Source of the DNA: Eledone cirrhosa
Taxonomy: Eukaryota
NCBI GenBank assembly: GCA_964016885.1
Contig: OZ024741.1
Span: forward strand, 218,922,001-218,986,000
Length of the DNA stretch: 64,000 bases
Direction of reading: 5' to 3'
This document shows, in pieces, positions 61,678 to 64,000 of the stretch (positions are counted from its first letter, which is position 1; the number at the start of each line of letters is the position of its first letter). The position numbers and the translations under genes were made by a program. The notes beneath the pieces are model-generated. The model was not told where the DNA came from. It made no database searches and was given only the letters and a program-made list of their open reading frames with translations.

Positions 61678-64000
61678 CTTGGTTGTCCATCGTAAACGAT
61701 GATGACATCTTCCTTATTTTAGTTCCCATCTGCCGTGGGCACGAAGGTGGTGGTGGAGGCCGATCCTTGACTTGTAGGTCCGGGGACAGTGGGGGCAGGG
61801 GAAGAGACCGGAGTCGCTTGGGGCAGATGTTGATGCCTTTCTCCTTTCACAGGCCTCAGTGACCTCTGCCCGTCTCTTCTCTTCAAAAAAGTCTTTGGCG
61901 CATCTGGTAAGGGGTCGCCACTCAGTCCTGTCCTGAGCATAGGACTCAAGTTGTTTTGGGGCGATTCCAGTGTTGTTGATACTGGACTTCACGCAGTCTT
62001 TGAACCTCTTGAGAGGTTTGCCCTGCTTTCATTTCCCTGAACAGAGTTCCCATACATCAGTTGCTTCGGAAGCCTGGGATCGTCCATCTGGATGACATGT
62101 CCGACCCATCAAAGTCGGCTCTTCAGTATCATAGCTTCGACACTGGTTGTCTCAGCCATGTCAAGAACTTCGAGGTTGGAGACCTTGTCCTGCCATTTGA
62201 TGTTCATGATTGACCGCAGGCTGCGCATGTGGAACCATTCCAGCTGCTTCAGGTGCCTTCTGTACAGGGTCCATGTCTCACATCGATAGAGGAGGCTGGT
62301 GAGAACAACGGCCCTGTACACCTTGAGCTTGGTGGACTGCCTGATGTTGTGCTGGTTCAGGACGCGTGTCCTCATGTGGCCAAGGGCTTGACTGGCCTTG
62401 CAGATCCTGCCGTTTATCTCCCTGTCAAGGCTTCTATCGCTGCTGATGACACTGCCGAGGTACTTGAAGTCGTCCACCATCTTTAGCTGGGTGCCTGAGA
62501 TGGAAGGAGGGTGGGCGACAGAGGCAGGTGCAGGCTGGAACAGGACCTCAGTCTTGCCAAGGCTAATTGTGAGACCAAAGAGGCAGGAGGCCTCCCCGAA
62601 CTTGTTGACGATGAGTTGGAGGTCAGACTCCCTGTAGGCCATGAGGGCACAGTCGTCAGCAAAAAATGCCTCCAGGACGATCCTCTGCACGATCCTTGTC
62701 TTGGCCGTCAGGCGCCGCAGGACAAACAGGGAGTCGTCCAGTCTGTATCGCAGATACACTCCGCGTTCAAGGTCCCTGATGGCATGATTGAGCACGCAGG
62801 TGAAGAACAGGTTGAAGAGGACGGGAGCCCACACGCATCCTTGCTTGACGCCATTGGTGATTCCGAACGGCTTTAATGCCTCCGCGCCAGAGCGCACCTG
62901 CTCGGTCATGTCGTCATGGAATGGCCGTCTCAGGTTCACACACTTTGTCGGGCATCCAAACTTCGACAGGATCGACCAGAGGGCCTCCCTGTTGACAGTG
63001 TCGAAGGCCTTTGTCAAGACTATGAAGATGGCAAAGAGGTCCATGTTCTGCTTGACACACTTCTCCTGCACCTGGCGTACAGAGAAGATCATGCCAATCG
63101 TGCTGCGGTTTGGGCGGAACCCACACTAGGCCTCAGGCAGGTAGTCCTCCGAGATATTGGTGATGAGGCGGTTGAGCATGACACGAGCCAGGACCTTCCC
63201 AGCGATGGACAGGAGAGAAATGCCCCTTGCCACAGTCAGTTTTGTTGCCTTTGTTCTTAAAAAGCGAGACAACTGTGGCATCCCTGAAGTCTTTGGGCAC
63301 CTCTTCTTCCTCCCATATGCTGACGAAGAGGGTGTGGAAGGCTCCCAGGGCAGCTGGACCGGCCAACTTGAAGATCTCGGGAGGAATCCTGTCCTTCCCA
63401 GGGGCCTTTCCTGAGGTGTTCTGGTTGATTGCCTTCGTGACTTCATCCAACGTGGGGGGTGGGGAGGTCGAGGTTGCCGACTACGGGCTTCTGTGGGATC
63501 TGGTCGAGGGCGGCAGGGTCGACAGTGGAGCAGGTTGCTGAAGTGCTCTCTCCACCTCGAGTTGATGCTGCTCTTCTCCTTCAGCAGGGTCGAGCTGTCA
63601 GCAGACAGCAGCGGTGTGGTGACAGGCTTGGGGGGTCCGTAGACGTCCCCGATGGTGCTGAAGAACATCTGGGAGTTCTTTGTGTCAGTGTATCTCTCGA
63701 CTTCTTCGGCCTTCTTTTCCCACCACTCGTCCTGCATTCTGGGTATTGCTTCTTGGGTCTGCCTCTGGAGGTGCTTGAAGCAGTTGCGCTTCGAGGTGGA
63801 GGAGCTGTCATTCTGCCACTCAATGAAAGCTCTCCTCTTCTTGTCCAGGAGTTGTCTGATGCGCTCATCGTTTTCATCAAACCAGTCCTGGTGGACTCTC
63901 TTCCTCGGCCCGATGGTTGCCTTGGATGACTCTGTCACCAGCGACCTGAACTGGTCCCACTGTTGAGTTGGGGGTCCGGTCAGTGGTCCATGGGCAGTCA
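61678..64000 (-). mobile_element. BovB-like RTE LINE, frameshifted, running off the window
   Basis: HQDWFDEN, RGISLLSIAGK, LTKAFDTVNR, GVKQGCV.AP.LF, FADDCAL; C-terminal C2H2 FPCPHCPRTYKSRIGLHHHLRAH. Confidence 0.9.

Overview
Gene-poor, repeat-saturated eukaryotic DNA. The SINE/LINE/microsatellite repertoire suggests a cephalopod (Octopus-like), which is inference only. Almost all ORF-track entries are microsatellite artefacts. Real coding content is transposon-derived: one apparently intact RTE-clade LINE ORF (55322-58441, EN+RT with an in-frame C4HC3 PHD-like finger), three Tx1-like LINE copies (one interrupted by a hAT transposon with an 8-bp TSD), Penelope-like (PLE) RT and GIY-YIG pieces, CR1-like, R4/Dong-like and BovB-like RTE remnants, a degenerate Gypsy-like LTR element, Helitrons, MITEs, mariner remnants, and many CORE-type and Meta-type SINEs. 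The main hidden signal is a family of type-I hammerhead ribozyme motifs, read by eye: 7 well-formed and about 4 degenerate. They have palindromic stem III, two carry a greatly enlarged branched stem II, and three share a U.U at 10.1/11.1. They sit in short, mostly non-coding modules usually bounded by (TA)n, several with short inverted self-copies, consistent with PLE pseudo-LTR or retrozyme-like elements. Two minisatellites (48 and 61 bp) trace to LINE 3' ends present elsewhere in the window, and a 90-bp array may be a decayed hammerhead unit. One possible host terminal exon lies at 573-673.
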